From positions 39,520,751 to 39,560,339 of the forward strand of contig NC_068998.1 of NCBI RefSeq assembly GCF_001194135.2: a DNA stretch of 39,589 bases. The letters run 5' to 3'. The translations under genes were made by a program, and so were the position numbers. The notes below the pieces were generated by a model. That model was not told where the DNA came from. It saw only the letters and a program-made list of their open reading frames with translations, and ran no database searches. This document shows positions 23,740 through 35,574 of the stretch, one piece after another; position 1 is the stretch's first letter; every line of letters begins with the position of its first letter. Source of the stretch: Octopus bimaculoides (taxonomy: Eukaryota).

Positions 23740-24035
23740 CATGGCTGTATGAAGGTTTAAGGGTCAGTCCTACTGCATGACATCCTGGGCAAGTGTTCTC
23801 TACTATAGCCCCTGACCAACCAATGCCTTGTGAGTGGATTTGGTAGACAGAAACTGCGCAGAAGCTCATTGTATGGATGTATGTATATATATGCGCATAT
23901 ATGCAGAAATGTCTGTGAGTATGCTTCCTCTCCAACAGTTAACAACTGGTGTTTGGTTTGTTTACATCTCTGTAACTTAGCAGTTCAGCAAAAGAGATCA
24001 ATAGAATAAGTACCAAGTTTAAAAAATAAATATTG
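23740..24035 (+). mobile_element. Family A SINE, diverged
   Basis: CTGGGCAAGTGTTCTCTACTATAGCC...GTGAGTGGATTTGGTAGACAGAAACTG...TAGAATAAGTACCA. Confidence 0.65.
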
Positions 24036-24695
24036 GGTCACTGTCATACATATATATATATGTATATATGCAGTGTCATTCATTTCTGATAGGTTGCAAA
24101 AATATGTCTAGCAATGGGGAAATATTACCTTGCTTGGAAACAGGTAAGGGTTGGTAACATGCAAAGTATCCAGTTGTAGAAAATCCGCCTCAGTAAATGC
24201 CATCTGACCCATGCAAACATGGAAAAGTGGCCACCACACATAGCGGTGTAATGTTATTGGATATACCAATTTATATATTAAACATTGTTTGTTTCCATCT
24301 GGTGTCTTGGATACGAAATGTCATAACAAAATTAGTGCTGGCTATAACATAAAAGGTACCCATGCTGGTGACACGTAAAAGGTATCCATGGTGATGACAT
24401 GCAAAAGACAGACATAAAGTGGTTGGCATTAGGGAGGGTATCCAGCTGGAGAAACCAAGCCAAAACAAATGACTGGTGCAGCTCTCCAGCTCCAGTCAAA
24501 TTGTCTAACCCATACCAGCATGGAAAACAAATGTCAAATGATGATAATAATGACGATGATGATGATAGGTCACCATTTTCATCTCTGTTTAGTCACACGG
24601 TATAAAATAAATGGGAGACACATCTCATATGTCATGAGTTGAGAGCTCAAGATTAAAAAACAATCATCTTCGTTGTTTTAATGTTCATGTTAATA

Positions 24696-25130
24696 GGCGC
24701 AAGAGTGGCTGTGTGGTAAGTAGCTTGCTTACCAGCCACATGGTCTCCGGTTCAGTCCCATTGCGTGGCACCTTGGGCAAGTGTCTTCTACTATAGCCTC
24801 GGGCCAACCAAAGCTTTGTGAGTGGATTTGGTAGACAGAAACTGAAAGAAGCCCGTCGTATAAATGTATATATATGTGTGTGTGTGTGTGTGTATATGTT
24901 TGTGTGTGTGTGTGTGTATATTTTTGTGTGTCTGTGTTTGTCCCCCAACATCGCTTGACAACCGATGCTGGTGTATTTAGGTCCCCGTAACTTAGCGGTT
25001 TGGCAAAAGAGACCGATAGAATAAGTACTAGGCTTACAAAGAATAAGTCCAGGGGTCGATTTGATTCGACTAAAGGCGGTGCTCCAGCATGGCCGCAGTC
25101 AAATGACTGAAACAAGTAAAAAGTGTAAAG
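24696..25130 (+). mobile_element. Family A SINE, best-preserved copy (tRNA-derived head, CORE-like block, internal (TG)n)
   Basis: A box TGGCTGTGTGG, B box GGTTCAGTCCC and CCTTGGGCAAGTGTCTT. About ten related copies occur in the window. Confidence 0.85.
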
Positions 25131-25464
25131 AGTTTGCAGGCTTGCATGAGTCAGATGGAGCTTATTGAGGCAGATTTTCTACAGCTGGAAGCCCTCATTT
25201 ATCATCAGCCCTCACCATCTGTTCTAAGCAAGGTAATATTTCCCTGTAGCTAGTATATTTTCACAGAATAATGTAAATGAATGATGCTGCTTATATGACA
25301 GTGACACTCATTTACAACTATATATATATACATGACAGGCCTCCTTCAGCTTCTGTGTATCAAATCCATTCACAAGGCTTTGGCTGGTCCAGGGCTGTAG
25401 TAGAAGACACCTGACCAAGGTACCACACTGTGGAATTGAACCCAGAACTAAGTGGTTGGCAAGC

Positions 25465-25685
25465 ATCATCATAATCATCGTCGTCGTTTAACGTCCGCTT
25501 TCCATGCTAGCATGGGTTGGACGATTTGACTGAGGACTGGTGAAACCAGATGGCTACACCAGGCTCCAATCTGATTTGGCAGAGTTTTTACAGCTGGATG
25601 CCCTACCTAACGCCAACCACTCAGAGAGTGTAGTGGGTGCTTTTACGTGTCACCCGCACGAAGGCCAGTCAGGCAGTACTGGCAA
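25465..25685 (-). mobile_element. Family D retroposon 3' end
   Basis: Near-identical to the reverse complement of 45-230. Confidence 0.8.
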
Positions 25686-26318
25686 CAGAAACTCATTAAA
25701 AATCCATTTACAGATGATTCATAAGAAACCCATTTAAAATACGACATTTCATGCAAGACAACCTAACAGAAGACTCCAAAAGTGCCATGCAGTGTGACTG
25801 AACCCAAAACCATGTGATTGGGAAGCAAACAATCACACAACCACACCTGCACCTATATTCCTAATGGGATTAAATTTCAATGTCAGACATAGTTCTGTGT
25901 GCTTAATGTTTCTGCCAATTTAACCATTTATGAGCTTATTAACAGATTTCTCTATTTCTTCCATAACTGATCCAAGATTCTATGTTAAAACTGAATTCAT
26001 TATACTATAGAAGAGTCATTTTAGCCGTTTTAAAACTCAAAAACTGTTATAATATATTTCTTGGTTATTTTGTGAAGTTTCAGAAATTTTAATTGCACAT
26101 CTGTGACCGGCCTACTGACATCATTCTACAGAATCTGTTTGTGACTTACATACAGGGAAGTTTGTTTTTTTATAGGCTTTAATCCTTTAGAATTTAAACA
26201 GATTATATAGGGGGTGGGGTGCACAGCAAATATTCTACCCATTTTATGTTCAAACTGATCAGATCACCAGACCTAGCCTTTCACACTTACCCTATGATAT
26301 CATTCAAAAAATAAACAA

Positions 26319-26985
26319 GGCATAGCTATGTGGTAAGGAGTTTGCTTGTCAACCACATGGTTCTGGTTTCAATTCCACAGTGTGGCACCTTGGTCAAGTG
26401 TCTTCTACCATAACCTTGGACTGACCAATGCCTTGGGAATGTATTTGATACACAGAAGCTGAAGGAGGCCTGTCGTGTGTGTGTGTGTGTGTTATTTCTT
26501 TACTACCCACAAGGAGCTACACACAGAGGGGACAAACAAGGACAGACAAACGGATTAAGTCGATTATATCGACCCCAGTGCATAACTGGTACTTATTTAA
26601 TCGACCCCGAAAGGATGAAAGGCAAAGTCGACCTTGGCGGAATTTGAACTCAGAACATAGTGGTAGACAAAATACTGCTAAGCATTTCGCCAAGCGTGCT
26701 AGCGTTTCTGCCAGCTTGCTGTGTGTGAGTATGTGTGTGTGTGTATGTGTGCATGAGTGTGTGTATATGTGTGTGTTTGTTCCTCACCACCACTTGATGA
26801 CTGGTGTTGGTATGTTTATGTCCCTGTCACTTATCATTTCAGCAAAACAGACTAATAGAATAAGTACCAGGCTTTAAAAAAAAAAGGCCTGGGGTTGATT
26901 TGTTTGACTAAAACCCTTCGAGGCCATGACCCAGCATGGCCATAGTCTAATAACTAAAACAAGTAAAAGACAAGGATAAAAGAAT
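26319..26985 (+). mobile_element. Family A SINE interrupted by a family B SINE
   Basis: The head (26319-26475) and tail (26770-26985) are collinear with the 24696 copy. Confidence 0.75.
26493..26720 (-). mobile_element. Family B SINE, full length, inside the (TG)n of a family A SINE
   Basis: Near-identical reverse complement of 31390-31605, flanked by TG repeats on both sides. Confidence 0.85.
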
Positions 26986-27040
26986 CACATCATGGAGATC
27001 TTGAAGCTGTGAGATTAATGCATGATTAATTCAAAACAGT

Positions 27041-27423
27041 GGCAGCGCAATGGCCCATTGGTTACGTTAGCAGACTCGTGGTCATAGGATCACGGTTTCG
27101 ATTCCCAGACCGGGCCTTGTGAGTGTTTATTGAGCGAAAACACCTGAAAGCTCCACGAGGCTCCGGCAGGGGTTGGTGGCGAACCCTGCTTTACTCTTCC
27201 ACCACAACTTTCTCTCACTCTTACTTCCTGTTTCTATTGTGCCTGTATTTCAAAGGCCCAGCCTTGTTACACTCTGTGTCACGCTGAATATCCCTGAGAA
27301 TTACGTTAAGGGTACACGTGTCTGTGGAATGCTCAGCCACTTGCACGTTAATTTCACGAGCAGGCTGTTCTGTTGATCGGATCAACTGGAACCCTCGACA
27401 TCGTAAGCGACGGAGTGCCAACA
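27041..27423 (+). mobile_element. Family C SINE, full length, 11-bp TSD
   Basis: tRNA-like head (TGGCCCATTGG; GGTTTCGATTCCC). AATTCAAAACA is duplicated at 27028-27038 and 27424-27434. Highly similar to the 30408 copy. Confidence 0.88.
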
Positions 27424-28242
27424 AATTCAAAACAATGTGAATGAATAAGCATTACATTTGACAGAGTTAAACTGAATGCTAAAGGTTTTCTCTCTTTTAG
27501 TTTCACTTGTTGAACTTACAGGAGCCATACATGTTTGTTGTATAATTGTTATTTGACCTCTTCACACAAGTCACAATTAGTCACTTCTAAGTTCCATCCT
27601 CTTCGTTATAAAATTGTATCATTATTACCATTACATCTCGTATTTTTTCCTATCTTTTTACCCTATCTCATTTTGTCATCATGGTTAGCTGCTTTCTTTC
27701 TAACAACTTTTATACTTCTCTCTCTCTCTCTCTCTCTGTCATAACCTTATGGTTTCTCTTTCCTTTTTCTCCCCTCTCTCATATAAACTCATGCTCTCTT
27801 TCCCTGATTTTTTTTTTTATCTTATCCTTACTTGTCACAACTAGACTTTTAATATGACATCCACCTACACATTAACAGCTGGTCTCTTTCTTTCCTCCTC
27901 CTCCCCCTCTCTTAATCCCACTCTCTTTTTCTCAAAAGCTGCTTCTCTCTCTCTCTCTCTCTCTCTCTCATTCTTTTTTTCACACATTATCTATTGAGAA
28001 CATTTTGTGTCTTCCTCTCAATAACTACCTCCGATCTCTCTCTCCCTCTCTTCTGCTTGTGACCTACACTTCTTAAATACATAAATGTAACTGATATAAA
28101 CTCTGTCAAACAGGAAGACTTTATATGGTTGCTTGACCTACTAGAAATAGCAGCAAAATCTTTTCCAAATAACATTCTACCATCTTACAAGGAAAGAACG
28201 CATAACATAATATAGTTCTGCATACACCTACTACCAGCACTC

Positions 28243-28485
28243 TGTTGGTTGCAACAACAAGTGTTCTAGTTGATCCACTCAATGGAACAGCCTGCTCTTG
28301 AAATTAACATGCAAGTGGCTGAGCACTCCACAGACACGTGTACCCTTAACATAGTTGTCAGAGAGATTCAGTATGACACAGGATGTGACAAAGTTGGCCC
28401 TTTGAATTATAGGTACAACTCATTTTAGCCAGCTGATTGGACTGGAGCAATGTGAAATAAAGTGTCTTGCTCAAGGACACAACAT
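28243..28485 (-). mobile_element. SINE sharing the family C 3' tail, interrupted by a TIR element (probably continues at ~29099-29175)
   Basis: 28243-28410 matches the reverse complement of the family C tail, followed by CORE-like AAGTGTCTTGCTCAAGGACAC. Confidence 0.6.
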
Positions 28486-28487
28486 AC

Positions 28488-29098
28488 GGATCTTTTTGGT
28501 TTTTGTCACTGATTACAATTATCTTCAAAAATATTTTTTAACATGTCACAAAGATGCAATTTTTGACACTGAATCCAAATCTGTTATTCATTTATTCTAA
28601 AAAAATTTTGCAAAAATGTTACAGTTATTCAAAATTTGATAATTTTCAGAATTTTCAGCCAATCAGAAAATAGCACGTTTGCCATCTCTTCCATCACCAG
28701 TGGAGGTGGGGCATCAGCATGTCAAAACATTAAACTAGGATTTTATAAAATAAATTATCTTTCTCATATCTCCTCCTCCTCCTTGTGCACGTGTGCAGCA
28801 TCTTTGGTTTCTATGGAAACAGTTCCTTACAATCAGCTATGTAACACATGGCACTTCTTTGCTTTGGTTACTATGGAAATGGAAATTTTCGCCATTGTCA
28901 CATGTAAAATACTTGTTTCTGATTGGCTAAAATACCCAAATTTTGCAAATTGTAAAGGCTAATAACATTTTAATTATGGATTTATATAGGACAAATGAAT
29001 TTCCTTTTCATAATTAGTATACAAAACTTAATCCATATACCAAATTTGAAGACGATTGGGACAAAATTGTAAACAGTGACAAAAACCACAAAGATTCC
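28488..29098. mobile_element. Non-autonomous TIR element (MITE-like), superfamily unassigned
   Basis: The left end GGATCTTTTTGGTTTTTGTCACTGATTACAATT closely matches the reverse complement of the right end, GGAATCTTTGTGGTTTTTGTCACTGTTTACAATT. AACAT lies near both flanks. No transposase ORF. Confidence 0.75.
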
Positions 29099-29871
29099 AA
29101 CATGTCACCAGGCATCAAAGCTCAAGACCTTACAATTTTGAGCCTAAATAACCTGATGACTAAGCCACACACCTTCACCTTGGATACATCATATCTAATC
29201 AAAACAGAGGATACAATGCAATGTCACCTTAAGGTATGGGCATACTGGGCAGTTGCCTGATGCCCTTGGGAGTCTAGGGGACCAATCTTGACTAATGTAT
29301 GCTGTGGCTTGCTGTCAATAAATAAACACTATAGAGCTCAGTGCATTTGTTTTTCCTGGGGGCCTGTAATGTGGTTAAGGTGACCTTGATATGATGGGAC
29401 TAGTTAGGACCAGCCTGGGGTTAAACAACAATAACAACTATCACTAACCGTGGTTCAAGATGAGTTTCTGCACAGATGTTTGATGTGCTAAAAGTAATAG
29501 CTCAATCTCCATCAAATCACACCTTTATGGTCTTAAGATAAAGGAATGACAAATTAGATAATGTAGTCCTAAATACATTGTGTCTGACAATAGCAAAAAA
29601 GATGAAATGGTGACAGTTGGAGGAGGGGAAGAAGGAAGAGTAAAGAAGAGGAAGTGAAGAATGAAAGACAGTGAAGAGGGAAAGAAAGAAGAAAAGAGAA
29701 GAAGAAAAGAAAGAAGAAAAATGAATGAAAGAAAAAGAAGGACGAGAAAGAAGGGGAAAGGCAAAAAAGATGGAAGAGGAGGCAGAGAAGAAACAGAAGA
29801 AAAAGAAAAAAAGTGAAGAAAGACAATAATGGATTATCAAAAACAAAAAGATTTGCAAAACCAATTCTCAC

Positions 29872-30254
29872 CTCGTAATGACACTTCAGGTTTTTCTTCA
29901 GTGTATTCTGGCATTTGTGGTTTTTTCTTCATAGTAACTTTAGCAGTGGGAGGAGGGGAGATATCCTCTTTAGGTGGATGACAAGAGTCAGTAGGTGGGA
30001 CCCCTTTTATAAGGGAGTCGAGACGTTCTAAAGCAGAGGCCGGAGCAGGTGACGGCCGGTCAGGTGTGACTGTGGTTGCAACGTTACCATTACTGATGTT
30101 AGAACTTTTGGAATTGGTGACCTTACTACCAGGTCTCTGTTTTGGGGATTGTGTCAATGTTGTCACCATTGAGTGAGAAGAGGAATCAAGCAGAGATTCT
30201 TGGCTTCCTTTTGTCCTGGTCTCACCATCAATGTCTTGTCCTCTCTGTACTTGT
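29872..30254 (-). CDS. EPB41L5: Ser/Thr/Pro-rich linker exon (QVQRGQDIDGETRTKGSQESLLDSSSHSMVTTLTQSP...KPEVSLR)
   Basis: Long pyrimidine tract then ttttag|A, donor CGAG|gtgaga, 383 nt, phase 2 to 1. Open throughout and includes ORF 29837..30169. Confidence 0.85.
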
Positions 30255-30407
30255 CTAAAAAGAGGGAGAGAGAGAGAGAAAGAAAGAAAGAATTAATAAA
30301 AAAAATTGAATAGAGAAAGCAAGAGAATTGTAGAAAAATAAAGAATTTTGAAGGCTGACTCTTTTTGTTTCCTTTGGTGATTGATGCAAGAATATGTGTA
30401 TGTGTGT

Positions 30408-30787
30408 GGAGGTGCAATGGCCCAGTGGTTAGGGCAGCGGACTCGCAGTCATAGGATCGCAGTTTCGATTCCCAGACTGAGCGTTGTGAGTGTTTATTGA
30501 GCGAAAACACCTAAAAGCTCCACGAGGCTCCAGCAGGGGATGGTGGCGAACCCTGCTGTACTCTTCCACCGCAACTTTCTCTCACTCTTACTTCCTGTTT
30601 CTGTTGTGCCTGTAATTCAAAGGGTCAGCCTTGTCCCACTGTGTCATGCTGAATATCCCTGAGAACTACGTTAAGGGTAGACGTGTCTGTGGAGTGCTCA
30701 GCCACATGCACGTTAATTTCACAAGCAGGCTGTTCCGTTGATCGGATCAACTGGAACCCTCGACGTCGTAAGCGACGGAGTGCCAAC
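30408..30787 (+). mobile_element. Family C SINE, full length, 14-bp TSD
   Basis: A box TGGCCCAGTGG and B box GTTTCGATTCC. ATGTGTATGTGTGT is duplicated at 30394-30407 and 30788-30801. Confidence 0.9.
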
Positions 30788-31389
30788 ATGTGTATGTGTG
30801 TTCATTCATATAAACCAGTTATTAAAATTTAATGTACAATAAATAGGTTATACTTCTACAATACACAAAATATTCTAACAATTTTTTATACAATTCCTAA
30901 TAATATTTAATTATAAAAATATAATTGAATTATTTTTAAACATCAAAAGGCTATGAGAGTCCAGTAGAGTAAAATAAAAATCAAAGTGGTCCATAGGTAA
31001 AAAGAAATGGTTGAGAATCCCTGATATAAACTAATGGGATCTATTGAAATTCTGTTTTATGTATATTCTTATTTTTGTTATGATGCATGAATTTATTAAA
31101 CTTCATAACATTGTTTCATTGTTAAAGATGTCAGTAATGTCTTTGATTTCCTTCTGTAGTAAAGACTGTTGTAAGCATAACTCTTGAATACAGATCATGA
31201 AACCTCCTCCGTCATCATTGTCATCATCACCACCATAATCACTAACACCACTGCCATCACTGCCAATTTCCTCATCCTCACTTCAGCCACCTCCATCATT
31301 ACCACCCAAGAGTTGCAGATGTCCAAATTAATAGTGTGTTGATAGTGGTAGTAAAATTCCCAAATGATATCAATAGCTATGACCACATA

Positions 31390-31605
31390 GGTGAGCTGGC
31401 AGAATTGTTAGCATGCCAGGCGAAATGCTTAATGGTATTTCATCTGCTGCTATGTTCTGAGTTCAAATTCCACCGAGTTCGACTTTGCTTTTCATCCTTT
31501 CGGGGTCGATTAGATAAGTACCAGTTACGCACTGGGGTCGATGTAATCGACTTAGTTCCTTTGTTTGTCCTTTCTGTGTTTAGCCCCTTGTGGGTAATAA
31601 AGAAT
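31390..31605 (+). mobile_element. Family B SINE, full length
   Basis: Head GGTGAGCTGGCAGAATTGTTAGC, B box GAGTTCAAATTCC, core CTTTTCATCCTTTCGGGGTCGAT. Confidence 0.85.
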
Positions 31606-32412
31606 TAGATATCAATAGCTCTGACCACATTCTCAGGGGCATATAATGTAACCTTGGTCAAGACACACAACATCTCAATGGACAAGTCAACATTGTCATT
31701 TAACGCCTGTTCCCCATGCTGGTTTGACAGGAGTTGGCCAGCTGGAGAGCTGCCTGGGCTCTAGTCATCTGTTTCGGTATGGTTTCTATGGCTGGATGCC
31801 CTTCCTAACACCAACCACTTTACAGGGTGTACTGAGTGCTTTTATGTGGCACCAGCATAGAGGTTTTTATGTGGCACCAGCACTCATGAGCCCACAAGAC
31901 TAAGATCTCTCAGCTGAGTGAGGAATGCACCAGGAATACCAGGGCTTTCAAGGGCAGAGTCGTTAGAGCATAGAGCAAAATGCTTTGCAGTATTGGTTCT
32001 AGTATTCTGTGTTCTGAGTTCAAATCCCAGAGGTCAACTTTGTCTTTCATCATTTAGGGGGTCTAAAAATAAAGTATCAATCCATAGCAGTAGATTGGTG
32101 GGACTGTTAGAACATCAGACAAGATATTTTGTGGTATTATATTCTGAATGCATAACATGGTAGATTTATCTGTCACCTGGCTTAACACTACACCCTGGTG
32201 CTCAGGTATTTTTGAGAAAGTCCAATTTGTAGCAAGCATTTGAAGGCAGGTCACTGGTTTAAGGATAACTTGCTCCCTTCTTCTCATTGACCTGGGGAGC
32301 TCCACAGAAAAAATAAACTCTCATTGCACCAGTCCTCCTCTCCTTGATTAAGTGGTAAAAATATAAATGAAAATACAGATGAAGCAACTGGTGTAGTTTC
32401 AATATTACGTAC

Positions 32413-32565
32413 TTTCTGGACTCGGCATTACGTCGTAGCATCTCCTCTTCTTTCTCCTGTCTCTCAAATGTTGGCCGTCTTGAGTACCTTTGACTTGCTC
32501 TCCTCTCGAACTTGACACCACGCCGAGCTCGATTGATGGCAGCCGTTTGGTATTCTGTGTAGCCA
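32413..32565 (-). CDS. EPB41L5: FERM-adjacent (FA) domain exon ((S)GYTEYQTAAINRARRGVKFERRASQRYSRRPTFERQEKEEEMLRRNAESR)
   Basis: Acceptor caacag|TGG, donor AGAAA|gtacgt, 153 nt, phase 2 to 2. Overlaps ORF 32259..32591. Confidence 0.92.
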
Positions 32566-32614
32566 CTGTTGATAGGACAAGAAATAAACAAAGAGTAATC
32601 AGAAGAAAGAAAGA

Positions 32615-32650
<36 letters not shown>

Positions 32651-32700
32651 TATTATTATTATAATAATAATAATAATAATAATAATTATTATTATTATTT
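32615..32700. repeat. Compound (AAT)n/(ATT)n microsatellite with orientation switches
   Basis: Alternating AAT and TTA blocks are visible directly. Confidence 0.9.
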
Positions 32701-34513
32701 TCCTAAGAGACAGTATGTGTAAAAATACCAAACTGGGCTATGAATGACATCAGCAGAAACAATCTCCACAGCAAAATTGTTTTACATTTGGATGTACACA
32801 CATGTGTTAAATATAAATATACACAAGTTTATTTTAATCACTGCTGCTCAGTATGCTTCTAATTAAAAGATAGGATGCTTCACATCTGCAAAAGAGATGA
32901 GACTTGGTTTTGAAAACCATTACTTTGTAAATCAGCATTGTAGTACATGCCTTAATTCCATCACAATGGAAAACTCTTTTAAATAGTTTCCTAAGATAAG
33001 ATGAATATGATTTGATATTTCTTGAGATACATCAAAGGCATAGTTGTGTAGCTAGGAAGTTAACTTTGTAACCATGTAGTTTTGGGTCCAGTCCCACAGT
33101 GCAGCACCTTGGACAAGGGTATATTATACTCCCAGAGCCAACTCTGCCTTGTTAGTGAATTTGGAGACAATTTGTACAAAACCCTGGATGTGTATGTGTG
33201 TGTGTGTGGGAGGCATGCAAGTCGATCTGTGTGAGTATTTACATTCCCCATGTCTTGAGCTATGGACAGTGATATTTCAGACATTTCCCAGTCAAGAAAT
33301 CTTCCAATAGCTCTGGAAGAGCATCTGACTATAAAACAGTGACTCAATAATATGTATTTGTCTAACTCATACTAGCATGAACCCCCCCACCCCACCAAAA
33401 AAAACCCCAGACATAATTTCGTTCAGACATAATTTGAACGAACAGTAGCATACATTTGTTGATAGTTCCTAAATAACAGGAAGGATTAACTTGCTCTACA
33501 TGACACTTGTGAATTTCAGTTTGAAAAGGATTTTTTTTTCTTTAATTCTGAATGGAGATTTAAATTCCAGACCTTCAGCTTTTTAAATAATAATTTCTAA
33601 ACTCTAAAATTCATAATCTTTCACACATATGTCTAAAGTTGCCAGTAGGTTTTGAGGAATGTACATTCTGATGGTGATATTAGCATATTGAAGATCAGAA
33701 GTATAGATAGTACTTCCAGTTGTTTTGGATCACAGAAGGTTGAAAAGATTCCCCTGCTTTATATAAATACCTAAAAACCATACACACATACTCACAAACA
33801 ACAGCAACAACAATCAGGAATGGCTGGGATTTAGGGACAAAGAAAGAGACCAGCTAACATGCACTTTATGCATATGATCTGTAAGTGGAACAGCGAAAAT
33901 ATGCAAGATTCTTTTAAAGTTCAGTCATCATCGTCATTATTTAACACTTGTCTTTCATGTTGACATAGGTTGGACAGTTCAACAGTTTCTGACAAGTCAG
34001 AGGATGACATCAAGCTCCAATGTCTGCTTTGGCATCGTTTCTGCAGCTAGATGCCCTTCCTAATGCCAATCACTTTACAGAATTTAATGGGTGCTCTCTT
34101 TGTGACAAAAGCTATAGTGAAAGACAAAGAAAAAGCTCCCTTGACTGGGTGGAGTTGAAATAGAGAGAGAAGTTGCTTTCTACCATATGTTCAGAGATTA
34201 AAGTAGAACAGGAAAAGGTGTCTTGCTGTAGAAGAGATATTATGCAACAATTATAATTGTTGCTATTCAAATTCCAATGATAGAACTTTTGTTTCTTTTT
34301 TAGAAACCAGCTCCCTCTTTTTATGAAGAATACTAATGAATAAATATATTAAAAAAAAGTGAACATACATGACATTTAAAGAAAACCTGATTTGTAATTT
34401 TAGGGATAAAAATAGATTTTAAAAATAGATAAATAAACAGTGATGGTGCTCCAGCATAGCCACAGCATTTGGACCGGAACACATAAAGGAATACAGAAAA
34501 ACCAGATACTGAC

Positions 34514-34683
34514 CTGTATCGAAAGCGTGATCCCATTCTAAAGAAGTTCTGCCTTGCATTGGCTCCTTTCAGGGGCTTCTTCAGTCGGAAGAAGGCATGA
34601 TGTTCCACCGCACACTTCCATAGATGCTTACATGCTTTGCGGTCTTGCAGGCGAAACAAGAAGGTGTGTTCCTGTTCATTGCC
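34514..34683 (-). CDS. EPB41L5: End of FERM C-lobe and start of FA domain ([34 protein letters not shown]...GSRFRY)
   Basis: Acceptor atgacag|GGC, donor TACAG|gtcagt, 170 nt, phase 0 to 2. Overlaps ORF 34333..34659. Confidence 0.95.
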
Positions 34684-34737
34684 CTGTCATGGACAAAAGT
34701 GGAAGAGACAAAAAGAGAAGGTGATTATGGATGTATG

Positions 34738-34793
<56 letters not shown>

Positions 34794-34806
34794 CATATAT
34801 ATATAC

Positions 34807-34857
<51 letters not shown>

Positions 34858-35519
34858 NNNNNNNNNNNNNNNNNNNNNNNNNNNNNNNNNNNNNNNNNNN
34901 NNNNNNNNNNNNNNNNNNNNNNNNNNNNNNNNNNNNNNNNNNNNNNNNNNNNNNNNNNNNNNNNNNNNNNNNNNNNNNNNNNNNNNNNNNNNNNNNNNNN
35001 NNNNNNNNNNNNNNNNNNNNNNNNNNNNNNNNNNNNNNNNNNNNNNNNNNNNNNNNNNNNNNNNNNNNNNNNNNNNNNNNNNNNNNNNNNNNNNNNNNNN
35101 NNNNNNNNNNNNNNNNNNNNNNNNNNNNNNNNNNNNNNNNNNNNNNNNNNNNNNNNNNNNNNNNNNNNNNNNNNNNNNNNNNNNNNNNNNNNNNNNNNNN
35201 NNNNNNNNNNNNNNNNNNNNNNNNNNNNNNNNNNNNNNNNNNNNNNNNNNNNNNNNNNNNNNNNNNNNNNNNNNNNNNNNNNNNNNNNNNNNNNNNNNNN
35301 NNNNNNNNNNNNNNNNNNNNNNNNNNNNNNNNNNNNNNNNNNNNNNNNNNNNNNNNNNNNNNNNNNNNNNNNNNNNNNNNNNNNNNNNNNNNNNNNNNNN
35401 NNNNNNNNNNNNNNNNNNNNNNNNNNNNNNNNNNNNNNNNNNNNNNNNNNNNNNNNNNNNNNNNNNNNNNNNNNNNNNNNNNNNNNNNNNNNNNNNNNNN
35501 NNNNNNNNNNNNNNNNNNN

Positions 35520-35574
<55 letters not shown>

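Larger units (their letters stand above)
26183..27486. mobile_element. TTAA-associated piggyBac-type MITE split by three SINE insertions
   Basis: TTAA|TCCTTTAGAATT at left and AATGCTAAAGG at right. The segments 26183-26318, 26986-27038 and 27424-27486 join into a reverse-orientation homolog of 38200-38397. Confidence 0.65.

Noticed and set aside
27173-27430. Overlapping ORFs on both strands within the SINE
   Set aside because: They lie wholly in a multi-copy non-coding SINE, and the frames are not evidently preserved in the 30408 copy.
28636-28962. 108-aa ORF inside the TIR element as a possible transposase
   Set aside because: Too short, no DDE/D or DNA-binding motif, and it starts at a non-ATG codon.
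29517-29871. Phe/Ser/Leu-rich minus-strand ORFs resembling membrane proteins
   Set aside because: Low-complexity purine-rich intronic tract just downstream of a strong donor.
30408-30480. tRNA-like sequences with A and B boxes (also 24696, 27041, 31390)
   Set aside because: These are SINE heads: they continue into repeated bodies with TSDs and do not close a tRNA acceptor stem.
32405-32747. Poly-Ile ORFs on both strands
   Set aside because: They are produced by the AAT/ATT microsatellite. The real exon is in another frame (32413-32565).
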